A stretch of DNA of 64,000 nt, from NCBI RefSeq assembly GCF_963921235.1, contig NC_086108.1, forward strand, positions 84,632,001 to 84,696,000, in the 5' to 3' direction. Below, one piece after another: positions 12,412-24,726 of this stretch. Source of the stretch: Mobula hypostoma. Lineage: Eukaryota. The notes beneath the pieces were generated by a model, which was not told the origin of the DNA, made no database searches, and worked only from the letters and a program-made list of their open reading frames with translations. A program made the position numbers and the translations under genes. Each line of letters starts with the position of its first letter. Within the stretch, counting starts at the first letter, position 1.

Positions 12412-13933
12412 AGTCATAGTAGTCATAGTCATACATTATTGATCCCGGGGGAAATTGGTTTTCGTTACAATATATATTAATGACTTAGATGAGGGAATTA
12501 AATGCAGCATCTCCAAGTTTGCGGATAACACGGAGCTGGGTGGCAGTGTTAGCTGTCAGGAGGATGCAAAGAGGATGCAGGGTGACTTGGATAGGTTAGG
12601 TGAGTGGGCAACTTCATGGCAGATGCAATTTAATGTGGATAAGTGTGAGGTTATCCACTTTGGTGGCAAAAACAGGAAAACAGATTATTATCTGACTGGT
12701 GGCTGATTAGGAAAAGGGAAGGTGCAATGAGACCTGGGTGTCATTATACACCAGTCATTGAAAGTGGGCATGCAGGTACAGCAGGCGGTGAAAAAGGCGA
12801 ATGGTATGCTGGCATTCATAGCAAGAGGATTCGAGTACAGGAGCAGGGAGGTACTACTGCAGTTGTACAAGGCCTTGGTGAGACCACACCTGGAGTACTG
12901 TGTGCAGTTTTGGTCCTCTAATCTGAGGAAAGACATTCTTGCCATAGAGGAGTACAAAGAAGGTTCACCAGATTGATCCCTGGGATGGCAGGACTTTCAT
13001 ACGATGAAAGACGAGATCGACTAGGCTTATACTCTCTGGAATTTAGAAGATTGAGGGGAGGATCTTATTGAAACGTATAAAATCCTAAAGGGATTGGACA
13101 GGCTAGATGCAGGAAGATTGTTCCAGATGTTGGGGAAGTCCAGAACGAGGGTCACAGTTTGAGGATAAAGGGGAAGCCTTTTAGGACCAAGATTAGGAAA
13201 AACTTCTTCACACAGAGGGTGGTGAATCTGTGGAATTCTCTGCCACAGGAAACAGTTGAGGCCAGTTCATTGGCTATATTTAAGAGGGAGTTAGATATGG
13301 CCCTTGTGGCTAAAGGGATCGGGGATATGGAGGGAAGGCTGGTACAGGGTTCTGAGTTGGATGATCAGCCACGGTCATACTGAATGGCGGTGCAGGCTCG
13401 AAGGGCCGAATGGCCTACTCCTGCACCTATTTTCTATGTTTCTATGTTACAATTGCACCATAAATAGTTAAATAGTAAAAAGTAAACTATGCCAGGAAAT
13501 AAGTCCAGGACCAGCCTATTGGCTCAGGGTGTCTGACCCTCCAAGGGAGGAGTTGTAAAGTTTGATGGCCACAGGCAGGAATGACTTCCTATGACGCTCT
13601 GTGTTGCATCTCAGTGGAATGAGTCTCTGGCTAAATGTACTAATGTACTCCTGTGTCCACCCAGTACATTATGTAGTGGATGAGAGACATTGTCCAAGGT
13701 GGCATGCAACTTGGACAGCATCCTCTTTTCAGACACCACCGTCAGAGAGTCCAGTTCCATCCCCGCAACATCACTGGCCTTACGAATGAGTTTGTTGATT
13801 CTGTTGGTGTCTGCTACCCTCAGCCTGCTGCCCCAGCACACAACAGCAAACATGATAGCACTGGCCACCACAGACTTGTAGAACATCCTCAGCATCATCT
13901 GGCAGATGTTAAAGGACCTCAGTCTCCTCAGGA
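12412..13933 (-). mobile_element. Rex/Babar-like LINE 3' fragment, interrupted by CR1
   Basis: FLRRLRSFNIC...FYKSVVASAIMFAVVCWG; (tatgac)n tail near 12412-12432. Confidence 0.75.
12472..13445 (+). mobile_element. CR1 LINE 3' fragment
   Basis: YINDLDEG, KFADN, LVRPHLEYCVQFWS; (ttctatgt)n tail; 8-bp TSD gttacaat at 12464-12471 and 13446-13453. Confidence 0.9.
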
Positions 13934-15077
13934 ATTGAACCCAGGTCACTGGTACAGAAAAGCATTGTGCTAATCACTATGCTACCACAGCAACCCTGTT
14001 TTCCCCTCCCCTTTTTGTCTTTGTGGGACACAACCCAGTGTGCACTTGCGGAGCCTAAATGTTATTGTAAATGGTTGCAATCTAGCTTAAGGGAAATGTA
14101 TACTGTTTCTTGTATAGGATGAGAAGAGCCAAGTAGAATTGTGAGTGTTCTGTAACATTGTCAGAACTAGTTAAACATGTCAAGGAGATTATTTAACTCC
14201 CTTGATTAAAATATTGTACATATCATTTAAAATATATTATGACAGCTATTGTATATTGTTTGAAAATTATTTGAAATTAATAGTTCTATTTTCTATTTAG
14301 CTAAAGTAATAGTAATGCCAAGTTTTGGCTTATCACTATTTTTACAATTTCACTGTAAACTTAGTTTTAACATTACCGGCTTTATATGCATTTGATTTGA
14401 ACAGTGTATTTTACTATTTAGATAATGCTATTCTAAATGTACGATTTTTATAGTTCTTTGATAGATGTCAATAAATTCATGGATGGGGTAGTGGATACTG
14501 TAGGATGCAGTGTTTGGACAGAAAATATGAAAGCTGGTCAATAGCTTTCAAATAACAAACAAAAATGCATCATACATCACAAAAGCAGCAATGAAATATT
14601 CTAAAAAGGTAGTCAATAATTTAAAACAATACACAACTTGAAGATATCCTTCATTAATCATAAAATATAGCTTAAAAAAGTAAAAACGATAGACAAGTCC
14701 ACCTGGTTTTTACACAAGTACATGCAATTATTTACATGCTAAATAATAATTTTATATCAGGAAGCAAGAACAGAAGAATTCACCTTTGAGTGATTATGGA
14801 GAGCAAACAATAAAGGTCAGTTATGGTACCATCACTCAGAGGGAGATTTCAAATTTAGAATGGTTTTCTAAGAAATACAAGTAATTCTTTAAAAATTCTC
14901 AGTACAATAAACCCATGACCAAACAGGAAATTCTGGGGTCAGCAGAGATCCAGGTGCCTTGAGTTTGCATTTTAGTAAGAGAAGACTGGAAGCAGACAAT
15001 AAAAAGTCAAAATAAACTGTACAGCATAAACTTATCCTATTAACCTTTAATGCAAATATGCGTTAGTTTTCTGACAT

Positions 15078-15890
15078 TTAAGACCATAAAACATAGGAGC
15101 AGAATTAGGCCATTCAGCCCACTGAGTTTGCTCTGCCATTCCATCATGTCAGATCCTGGATCCCACTCAACTCCATACACCTGCCTTCTTGCCAGATCCT
15201 TTCATGCCCTGACCGATCAGGAAACTATCAATTTTCACTTTAAATATACCCACAGACTTGGCCTCCACAGTTGTCTGTTGCAGAGCATTCCACAGATTCA
15301 CTGACCTTGGCAGAAAAAAAAAATCCTCCTTACCTCTGTTCTAAAGGATCGCCCCTCACTGTTGTGGGTGTGCCCTCGAGTTGTGGACATCCCCACCATA
15401 GGAAACATCGTCTCCACATCTACTTTATCTAGGCCTTTCAATGTTGTAGGTTTCAATGAGATCCCCCCTGCATTCTTCTAAAGGCGGCATTGCATTTGCC
15501 TTCTTTACCAAAGACTCAACCTGTAAATTAACCTTCTGGGAGTCTTGCACGAGGACTCTAAGTCCCTCTGCACCTCAGATGTTTGAATTTTCTCTCCATT
15601 TAGGTAATAGTCTGCACTTTTGTTCCTTCTACCAAAATGCATTATTATATATTTCCCAACACTGTATTCAATCTGCCACTTTTTTGCCCATTCTTCCAAT
15701 TTGTCCAAGTCCTTCTGCAATCGTATTGCTGCCTCAGCTCAGCACTACCTACCCCTCCACCTACCCTCATATAATCTGCAAACTTTGCCACAAAGCTATC
15801 AAATCCATTCTCTAAATCATTGACAAACAATGTAAAAAGTAGCAGTCCCAATACTGAACCCCGAGGAACACCATTAATTACTAGCAGCCA
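15078..15890 (-). mobile_element. CR1 fragment with internal deletion
   Basis: AKFADYM and LQKDLDKLEEWAKKWQ-like motifs; CR1 3' UTR. Confidence 0.85.
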
Positions 15891-16170
15891 AGGTTGGAGA
15901 GTTAAAACTAGACGTCACAGACTTAAGTAGAAAGGGAGAGATTTAAAGATGATCTGTGAGGCAATGTTTTTCCACACAAAGGGTGGCGGATATCTGAAAC
16001 AAGCTGTCAGGGGAAATGGTAGAGCTGGGTTAATAGCAACATTTAAAGACACTTGGATAGGTATACGGACAGAAAAGGATGTGGGCCAAATGGGATTAGA
16101 TCAGGTAGGTACCTCAGTTGGTATGGACAAATTGAGTCCAATGGTCTGTTTACATGCTGTGTAATTCTGT
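15891..16170 (+). mobile_element. Older CR1-like 3' fragment
   Basis: Degenerate ttttccacacaaagggtgg CR1 3' motif. Confidence 0.55.
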
Positions 16171-16409
16171 GACCAAGACTAAACGAGGAATGGATGGGGT
16201 AGGAAACCGTAGCATTGGGAGCAAACAGGGAGAAGCATCTGATCGAAGAGTGCATAAATGTTAAATATAAGAACACACAGTCTTGATATCAGTCAGCTGA
16301 AAAATAAAATTCTACAAGTCCAGTTCACTTCACACCCAGAGGTACTATTGCTAGTATAGTTGACATGTTGAGTGGACTGAGCTGAGGGCCATGGACTGAG
16401 ACACAGCAG

Positions 16410-18212
16410 CCTTTAGCATCATCATGGAAAAGGATAGAATCAGAGAGGACAGGAAAATTTTTAATTGGGGAAGGGCAAATTATGAGGCTATAAGGCTAGA
16501 ACTTGCGGGTGTGAATTGGGATGATGTTTTTGCAGGGAAATGTACTATGGACATGTGGTTGATGTTTAGAGATCTCTTGCAGAATGTTAGGGATAAATTT
16601 GTCCCAGTGAGGAAGATAAAGAATGGTAGGGTGAAGGAACCATGGGTAACAAGTGAGGTGGAAAATCTAGTCAGGTGGAAGAAAGCAGCATATTTGAAGT
16701 TTAGGAAGCAGGGATCAGATGGGTCTATTGAGGAATATAGGGAGGCAAGAAAGCTTAAGAAGGGGCTGAGAAGAGCAAGAAGGGGGCATGAGAAGGCCTT
16801 GGCGAGTAGGGTAAAGGAAAACCCCAAAGTATTCTTCAATTATGTCAAGAAAAAAAGGATGACAGGAGTGAAGGTAGGACCGATTAGAGATAAAGGTGGG
16901 AAGATGTGCTTGGAGGCTGTGGAAGTGAGCGAGGTCCTCAATGAATACTTCTCTTCGGTATTCACCAATGAGAGGGAACTTGATGACAGTGAGGACAATA
17001 TGAGTGAGGTTGATGTTCTGGAGCATGTTGATATTAAGGGAGAGGAGGTGTTGGAGTTGTTAAAATACATTAGGACGGTTAAGTCCCCGGGGCCTGACGG
17101 AATATTCCCCAGCTGCTCCACGAGGCGAGGGAAGAGATTGCTGAGCCTCTGGCTAGGATCCTTATGTCCTCGTTATCCACGGGAATGGTACCGGAAGATT
17201 GGAGGGAGGCGAATGTTGTCCCCTTGTTCAAAGAAGGTAGTAGGGATCTGTTCTGGGACCTCTACTTTTCGTGATTTTATTAACGACCTGGATGTGGGGG
17301 TAGAAGGGTGGATTGGCAAGTTTGCAGACGACACAAAGGTTGGTGGTGTTGTAGATAGTGTAGAGGATTGTCAAAGATTGCAGAGAGACATTGATAGGAT
17401 GCAGAAGTGGGCTGAGAAGTGGCAGATGGAGTTCAACCCAGAGAAGTGTGAGGTGGTACGTTTTGGAAGGACAAACTCCCAGGCAGAGTACAAAGTAAAT
17501 GGCAGGATACTTGGCAGTGTGGAGGAGCAGAGGGATCTGGGGGTACATGTCCACAGATCCCTGAAAGTTGCCTCACAGGTGGATAGGGTAGTTAAGAAAG
17601 CTTATGGGGTGTTAGCTTTCATAAGTCGAGGGATAGAGTTTAAGAGTCGCGATGTAATGATGCAGCTCTATAAAACTCTGGTTAGGCCACACTTGGAGTA
17701 CTGTGTCCAGTTCTGGTCGCCTCACTATAGGAAGGATGTGGAAGCATTGGAAAGGGTAGAGGAGATTTACCAGGATGCTGCCTGGTTTAGAGAGTATGCA
17801 TTATGATCAGAGATTAAGGGAGCTAGGGCTTTACTCTTTGGAGAGGAGGATGATGAGAGGAGACATGATAGAGGTGCACAAGATAATAAGAGGAATAGAT
17901 AGAGTGGATAGCCAGCACCTCTTCCCCAGGGCACCACTGCTCAATACAAGAGGACATGGCTTTAAGGTAAGGGCTGGGAAGTTGAAGGGGGATATTAGAG
18001 GAAGTTTTTTTTTACTCAGAAAATGGTTGGTGCGTGGAATGCACTGCCTGAGTCAGTGGTGGAGGCAGATACACTAGTGAAGTTTAAGAGACTACTAGAC
18101 AGGTATATGGAGGAATTTAAGGTGGGGGGTTATATGGGAGGCAGGGTTTGAGGGTCAGCATAACATTGTGGGCCAAAGGGCCTGTACGGTGCTGTAGTAT
18201 TCTATGTTCTTT
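16410..18212 (+). mobile_element. CR1 LINE, 5'-truncated, with an internal RT deletion
   Basis: 460-aa ORF with KSPGPDGI, FINDLD, KFADDTK and VRPHLEYCVQFWSP. Confidence 0.92.
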
Positions 18213-18530
18213 CTTATTCCACCTCTTCTTCTGCATTCCAGGCATTATATCATTATAGTGCACATGACAGAGATGCACAACAGCTGCCTTACCATGCAAA
18301 CCACATGCTCCAGCAGCTTCATCACTGGAAATATCCACCCAGTGATAATCATCTACATAGCAGCTGTGTCCCCAGGAGAATAGGGCATCAAAAGGTCATC
18401 CACCATCACACTTGGCTTTGTCCTGGATGGACCTTTCATCGTTTTAACATGGGTAATTTAAGGTGGAGATCTGTCGAGAACATTTCTTTGCATAATATTC
18501 TAAAATCTGGCATGTATGCCACAGACTGAC

Positions 18531-18586
18531 CTGTTGTCGGTGGTTTTCTGAAGAGCTCCTCCCCGAAGGGTACAGAGACAGCAATC
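18531..18586 (-). CDS. KDM4A: Zn-knuckle exon DCCLCTLRGGALQKTTDN(R)
   Basis: cag acceptor, AG|gtcagt donor, 56 nt, phase 0 to 2. Confidence 0.94.
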
Positions 18587-20744
18587 CTGTATAAATGCAA
18601 AAGACACAAGAATGTACTAGCTTCTAGTGCAATAGTATTATTTTCTCAACAGATCAGTCTTCGAAAACTTAAAGCATTTTGATAATCTTCGAAATTTTAA
18701 ACCAGTTCAAATCTACATAGATCTTCAGCTTTACAATTCACAAACTTCCATTTTTTTTTTGTCTTATCAGCAAGACTGATTTCAAGTGCATAGAACTTGT
18801 ACTACTAGAAATTTGACCACAAGAACAGAAGTTAATTAATGGTTTCTCAGCCATGCAGTAGAACCTCACATTATGCTTCATCTATATATATAGCTCATTT
18901 TGTCATCATATCCACTTTCCCACTTTATTTCCACATTCTCTAGTCTTCATAATTAAAACTCCTAGACTCAGCTTTAATTATCTCAATACTTGAGCCCTTG
19001 CAGCTAGAATTATAAAGACTCTTCCTAAAAGAAATCTCACTTTTCTTCTAAATGAATAGCCACCGCCGCCACCACCACCTCCCCCCCCCCCGCCCCCACC
19101 ATCTTGACACCCTGTCCTTGGCCCTACACTCTCCAGCTAGAAGACACAGCCACTTGGCATCAACCTGATGAATCCTTTTCAGAACATGAGTCAATGAAAT
19201 CACCTTGTTTCTTGCCAATGCTGCTCAAATTCCTCCTTGGAGGACAATTCTGTCATTCCAGGAATCAATCAAGCTAATCCAAGCCAAGTACATCGTTAAA
19301 AAAAAAATTCCAATTACAGCAAGGTGTCCTTGGTTTATATTAATCTTTGTTGATAGGTTTGCAATATATCATCTGAATTTTGGACTGTTTGCTGTATTTA
19401 CATACTTACCTCATGAATTACTGTGCCTTTGTACAGCACTGCAGTCACTTTGTTTATTACTTTCATCAACATGTATAACCTCACATTCTGCTTCATCAAC
19501 CATTAGCTGGTTAATCAATTTATTTCCCAAACCTGAAGCAAAGTTATGACCCAAAATGTTGATGGTCCCTTTGCTTTTACTCAGTTCCTCCAGCAGTTTG
19601 AATTTTTTACATCTTTTACATCTGCCCGAGTACATTCTCCACAGCTCTGGTTTCCCATCTAGCTAACTGTGATCAAATTTGGTGTTAAGCTTTCATAGAA
19701 TCAAGAACAGTGCAGTGTTGAAACAAACCTATCAGCCTATAGTCCACTCAATCACAGAGAGAATGTATGAAAATTAACTGCTTATAGACAGCAGCAGAAC
19801 TGAACCTAGGTCACTGGCACTGTAATAATGTTATGCTAACATGCTACCCTCAACTTATGTGGTCACAGGAAGAACTTCACAGTCCAGAAATCAGGATTGA
19901 ACCTGGGTCTTTGAGGCTGTGAGGAAACAGTTCCACCTGCTGCACCACTATGCAACTCAGGTATTTGTAAGCTCAGGTAATACTTCTGGTCCCTATAGTT
20001 ATCTCCTTTTTCATCAGTCACAATCTAAATTCAACTTACTATCCAATTCAACATAGTAATTGAATACTACTTGCAAAATTCAACAATGCTCCTGGAGAAA
20101 TTAAAGAGGATCAAAACTGGACAAATTTTCTGAAAGTACTGGCCAGCATCTGCAGAGACCAGAAGTGTTACTAAATTCCCTCAATTCTGGAACAAATCAG
20201 AGCACAAAGGAAGGTTCTAATACTTTTAATACTCTTTAATACTATTCTAATATTTTTAAGTAAAGAATATTGAAGGAAAAACATGGAACAGTAGTTCAGT
20301 TGGCCAGATATCTATTGCTGAAAAAGTTTAAAGCTCTCTATTAGGAAGGTTATAATTAGAGGGCACTTGGAAAATCAGAATGATTGCATTAGCAGACCAT
20401 GGTTTTATGAAAACATGTTTAACAAGTACAAGAGCTTATGTTTACTTTTCTAAAAACAGGACCAAAATCTGAAGTACAATGCAGAAGCACGGGAAGATAA
20501 TTTGTTAAAATACAAACTAGTAGGAATAAATAAGCCATTAAAATGTTGCAAGATAATTATACTTCTGGCACCAGAATAAGAGGACTTGATTTCCGGTCTA
20601 TTTTAGGTATCAGTCCCTCAGAAGCTGATCGTCATCTCAAGGAGTAATTTACAAAAAGAATATATAACTTATGGAATCTCTTGGTAACCTCTACAATCAA
20701 ATTGTAATGGATACCTTTGAAGGGAATGCTATATTTCAAGGCCA

Positions 20745-21680
20745 TAGAACAATACAAATCATATAATTGAGTGTTGATAAAAACAAAAGACAGCACAGGA
20801 ACAAACTTTTGGCTCACAATGTCTGTACTTTTCAAGATGCTAAGCTCAACTAATCCTATCTGTTTTCACATGGTCTATACCCCTCCATTGCTTATTTGTT
20901 CATCCACTTAAGTCCTTCAACCACAGCTGTCACTTCTGCTTCCAGCAATTCTCCTGGCAGTCTTCCAGGCAACTACCACTTCCTATAAAAATAAAAATCT
21001 TGCCACAAATCTGCTTCAAATTATCCATTTAAAGTTATCCCCGCCAACATTTGACATCTCTACCCTGAAAAGACTCTAATATCTACCCCATCCATGCCTC
21101 TGATAATTTTTGCATACTTCGATCAGATTGCCCTCCCCCACCCTGCATCTAATGCTCAAATAAAAAAATTCAAGTTTATCCAACATCCCCCAGTAGCTAA
21201 TACTCTGTAATCTAGCAACAGCTTGGTGAATCTCTTTTGCACTCTCTCCAAAGACTCCACAAGCTTTCTGTAATGTGGTTTCCAGAATTCCAAATGTAGC
21301 CAGACCGAAGTTTTATATGGCTACTTGTCTTTCTGACTTTTATACTCAATATCCAGACTGATGAAGGCAAGTATGACATACACCTTCTTTACCACGTATT
21401 TATTGTCTTGTCACCACTTTAAGGAATTTGTGGATTCCTCTACACATCAATACACTGAAGGGTCTTGCCAATTGCTGTATACTTTCATCTTGCATTTGAC
21501 TTTGCAAAATATGAGTTCTCACAGCTATTCAGATTAAATCCATATAACATTTATTTTAATTTCCAACCGGTCTATATCCAGCTAAATCCTGACAACCTTC
21601 TTTATTTTCTATGACTCTTCCTGAGTTGTCTGCAAACTGAAATCAACTCACCTACATTTCTGTCTAAATCATCAAATTTC
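20745..21680 (-). mobile_element. Decayed CR1 3' fragment
   Basis: CR1-like DNA motifs, no open frame. Confidence 0.55.
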
Positions 21681-21734
21681 TTTCTTTTTAAAAAGGATTA
21701 CATTGATCAATTACACACGTGCCACGACACTTAC

Positions 21735-21811
21735 TTCTGACAAAGCATTAGCAGAACATCTTGAACAGATCCAGTCATCAGTTATTTTTTCAGGAGCGAC
21801 TCCATAACAGC
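21735..21811 (-). CDS. KDM4A: PHD1 exon (S)CYGVAPEKITDDWICSRCSANALSE
   Basis: aag acceptor, GAA|gtaagt donor, 77 nt, phase 1 to 0; not in ORF track. Confidence 0.94.
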
Positions 21812-22158
21812 CTTCAAAGCAAAAAACATTTTTTTCTGTTTTAGAAGTTTATAAACAAAACAGCTTTTCAACACACGCAACTTATAGGAAAATGCAAATA
21901 ATTAAATTTTTAATGTGTACAAACCCATTAAAATCATACCCCAAATCCATTAACAGGCTTATATGAGGGCTGACGTTAGGGTCATCCATGATGTTGGTGG
22001 CACAGAAATGAATACTCACTTACTACTTTATTTTAAATTTCTGCTCTTTTTACACAACATATTTTAAATTGACTATTTTATAGACATACAGTGCTTATAA
22101 AAAGTATTCGCTGCCCTTGGTAGTTATCGTGTTTTATTGTTTCAACAACATTGAAATA

Positions 22159-23635
22159 CAGGTGTCCCCCACTTTTCGAATGTTCGCTTTACGAAACCTC
22201 ACTGTTACGAAAGACCTACATTACTACCCTGTTTTCACTTTCAGAAGGTGTTTTCACTGTTACGAAGGCAGCGCGCGCCCCGAGCAGCCACTCTCCCCCG
22301 GATTCGGAACGGCATTGCTTTAACATGTTGCATTGAGCAGCCGTTAGCAAGATGAGTTCTAAGGTGTCGGAAAAGCCTGAAAGAGCTCGTAAGGGTGTTA
22401 CACTTAGCGTAAAACTAGACATAATTAAGCGTTTCGATCGTGGTGAACGAAGCAAGGACAAAGTGAGTTTGGCTTGTGGAAGCTGACGAAGATGATGTTG
22501 AAGAGGTTTTGGCATCCCATGACCAAGATCTGATAGATGAAGAGCTGATGCAATTGGAAGAGGAAAGGATAACAATCCAAACCGAATGCAGTAGCAAAAG
22601 TGAAGCAACTACGTGAGATTTTCACTGCAATGATAAAGTACGACTTTAATTTTGAAAGGGTACGTAGGTTTAGGGGATATTTGCAAGATGGTTTGAGTGC
22701 TTACAAAGAACTGTGTGATAGAAAAATGCGAGAGGTTCAGCAGTCAAGCAAGCCTTTCACATCAGCCACAGCAGACGACGAACCTCGACCTTCAACATCG
22801 AGGCGGGCAGTCATAGGAGATGAGCTGCCTGCTCTGATCGACGATGAGATGACACCCCCGTGTCCCACCACCCCAACCCCCGGGCCCTGGACAGATACTG
22901 TACCAATTTGCGGAGAACGCAGCGGTAGCCAGGAGGCACACAGCACATCTTTAAGAAAAAAGCCAAAATAAACATGCTAATTAATTACGTGCCTGGCAGC
23001 ACCTAATTAATCAGCATGTCTATTTCGGCTTTTTTCTTAAAGATGTTCTGTGTGCCTCCCGGCTACTGCTGCGTTCTTTGCGGCAATGTATCGGGTCGGC
23101 AGCTAGGAGGGTGGGGGCCACTACACCACCCAACCGGCGACGACTCAGTCTAACACACAATCATCAGTGTGCTCGGCGCTGTTTTCCCAATTCCTGTAAG
23201 TGATACTACACTGTACATACATTATTTTTACTTTATATAGGCTGTGTATTTTTACATGTTATTTAGATTGGCAGTTTCATAGTTTAAAGCTTACTGGAGA
23301 ACGTGTTTATGCCAACAGCGCTTGCGTGAGATTTTCTGCCAAGAGCACTTGCGTGAGACTTTCGCTACGGACATCTGTGCAGGCAATTGTTGTAGAGAAG
23401 TATTTCTACTTTATATAGGCTGTGTATTTATCATATCATTCCTGCTTTTACTATGTTAGTGTTACTTTAGGTTTTATGTGTTATTTGGCATGATTTGGTA
23501 GGTTATTTTTGGGTCTGCGAACGCTCACAAGATTTTCCCATATAAATAAATGGTAATTGCTTCTTTGCTTTACGACATTCTGGCTTACGAACCGTTTCAT
23601 AGGAACGCTCTACCTTCGGATGGCGGGCAAACCTG
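22159..23635 (+). mobile_element. Internally deleted pogo/Tigger-like DNA transposon
   Basis: TA TSDs, CAGGT...ACCTG termini, N-terminus MSSKVSEKPERARKGVTLSVKLDIIKRFDRGE joined to acidic C-terminal DVEEVLASHDQDLIDEELMQLEE. Confidence 0.8.
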
Positions 23636-24605
23636 TACAGTGGATTTAATTTGGCTTTTTATGACACTGATCAACAGAAAAAGGAAGTTTCTGTGTTAAA
23701 GTGAAGACAGATCTCTACAAAGTGATCTAAATTAATTACAAATATAAAACACAAAATAATTGATTGCATTATTATTCACCCCTTAATATGAAACACCAAG
23801 CCATCACTGGTGCAGCCAATTGGTTTCTGAAGTCACATAATTAGATAAATGGAAACAATCATGTGCAGTCAAGGTGTTTAAATTGACTGCAGTAAAAATA
23901 CACCTGTATCTGGTGAGTCAGTATCTTGGCAAAAACTACAACAGGAAGACAAAAGAACACTCCAAGGAACTCAGTGAAAAGGTTATTGAAAAGCACAAAC
24001 CAGGAGATAGATTCAAGAAAATTTTCAAGCCACTAAATATCCCTTGGAGTACAGTTCAGTCAATCACCAAGAAATGGAAAGAATATGGCACAGCTGTAAA
24101 TCTGCCTAGAGCAGGCCATCCTCAAAAAATGAGTGACCACACAAGAAGGGGACTAGTGAGGGAGGCCACCAAGAGACCTATGACAACTCTGGAGGAGTTG
24201 CAAGCTTCAGTGGCTGAGATCACAGAGACTGCACATACAACAACTGTTGTCTGGGTGCTTCACCAGTTGCAGCTTTATGGAAGAGTGGGCGAGAGAAAGC
24301 CACTGTTCAAAAACACTCACATAAAATGACAGTTAGAGTTTGCCAGAAGGCATGCGGGGGGCTCTGAAGTCAGCTGGAAGCAGGTTTCATGGTCCGATAA
24401 AACCAAAATTGCTTGTCGTAGGCCAAGCACTCCATATGATCAAAAATATACCATCTGTACCATGAAGCATGGTGGTGGCACCATCATGCTGTGGGGATGC
24501 CTCACTGCAGCAGGCCCTGGAAGGTTTGTGAAGATAGAGAGCAAAATGAATACAGCAAAATACTGGGAAAACCTGGAGGAAAACATGATGCAGTCTGCAA
24601 AAGAA

Positions 24606-24726
24606 CTCGGCCTGAAACGTCGACTGCGCCTCTTCCTATAGATGCTGCTTGGCCTGCTGCGTTCACCAGCAACTTTGATGTATGTTGCTTGAATTTCCAG
24701 CATCTGCAGAATTCCTGTTGTTTGAG
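24606..24726 (+). mobile_element. Penelope pLTR mini-insert, truncated within hammerhead stem II, inside the Tc1 transposase
   Basis: Near-identical to the reverse complement of 47992-48111. Confidence 0.85.

Larger units (their letters stand above)
12195..13995 (-). mobile_element. V-SINE/HE1-like SINE (12195-12410 and 13930-13995) hosting nested LINEs
   Basis: Tail and core on the left; head (ggaattgaacccaggtc...ctaatcactatgctacc) on the right. Confidence 0.7.

Noticed and set aside
16424..17806. 460-aa ORF as a functional or domesticated RT
   Set aside because: RT core is deleted and part of the ORF is off-frame relative to CR1 ORF2.
18385..18442. SECIS-like hairpin on the minus strand (AUGA...AAA...UGAU)
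   Set aside because: Quartet register is off by two nucleotides, the AA is misplaced, and it is intronic in a gene with no in-frame UGA in the exons seen.
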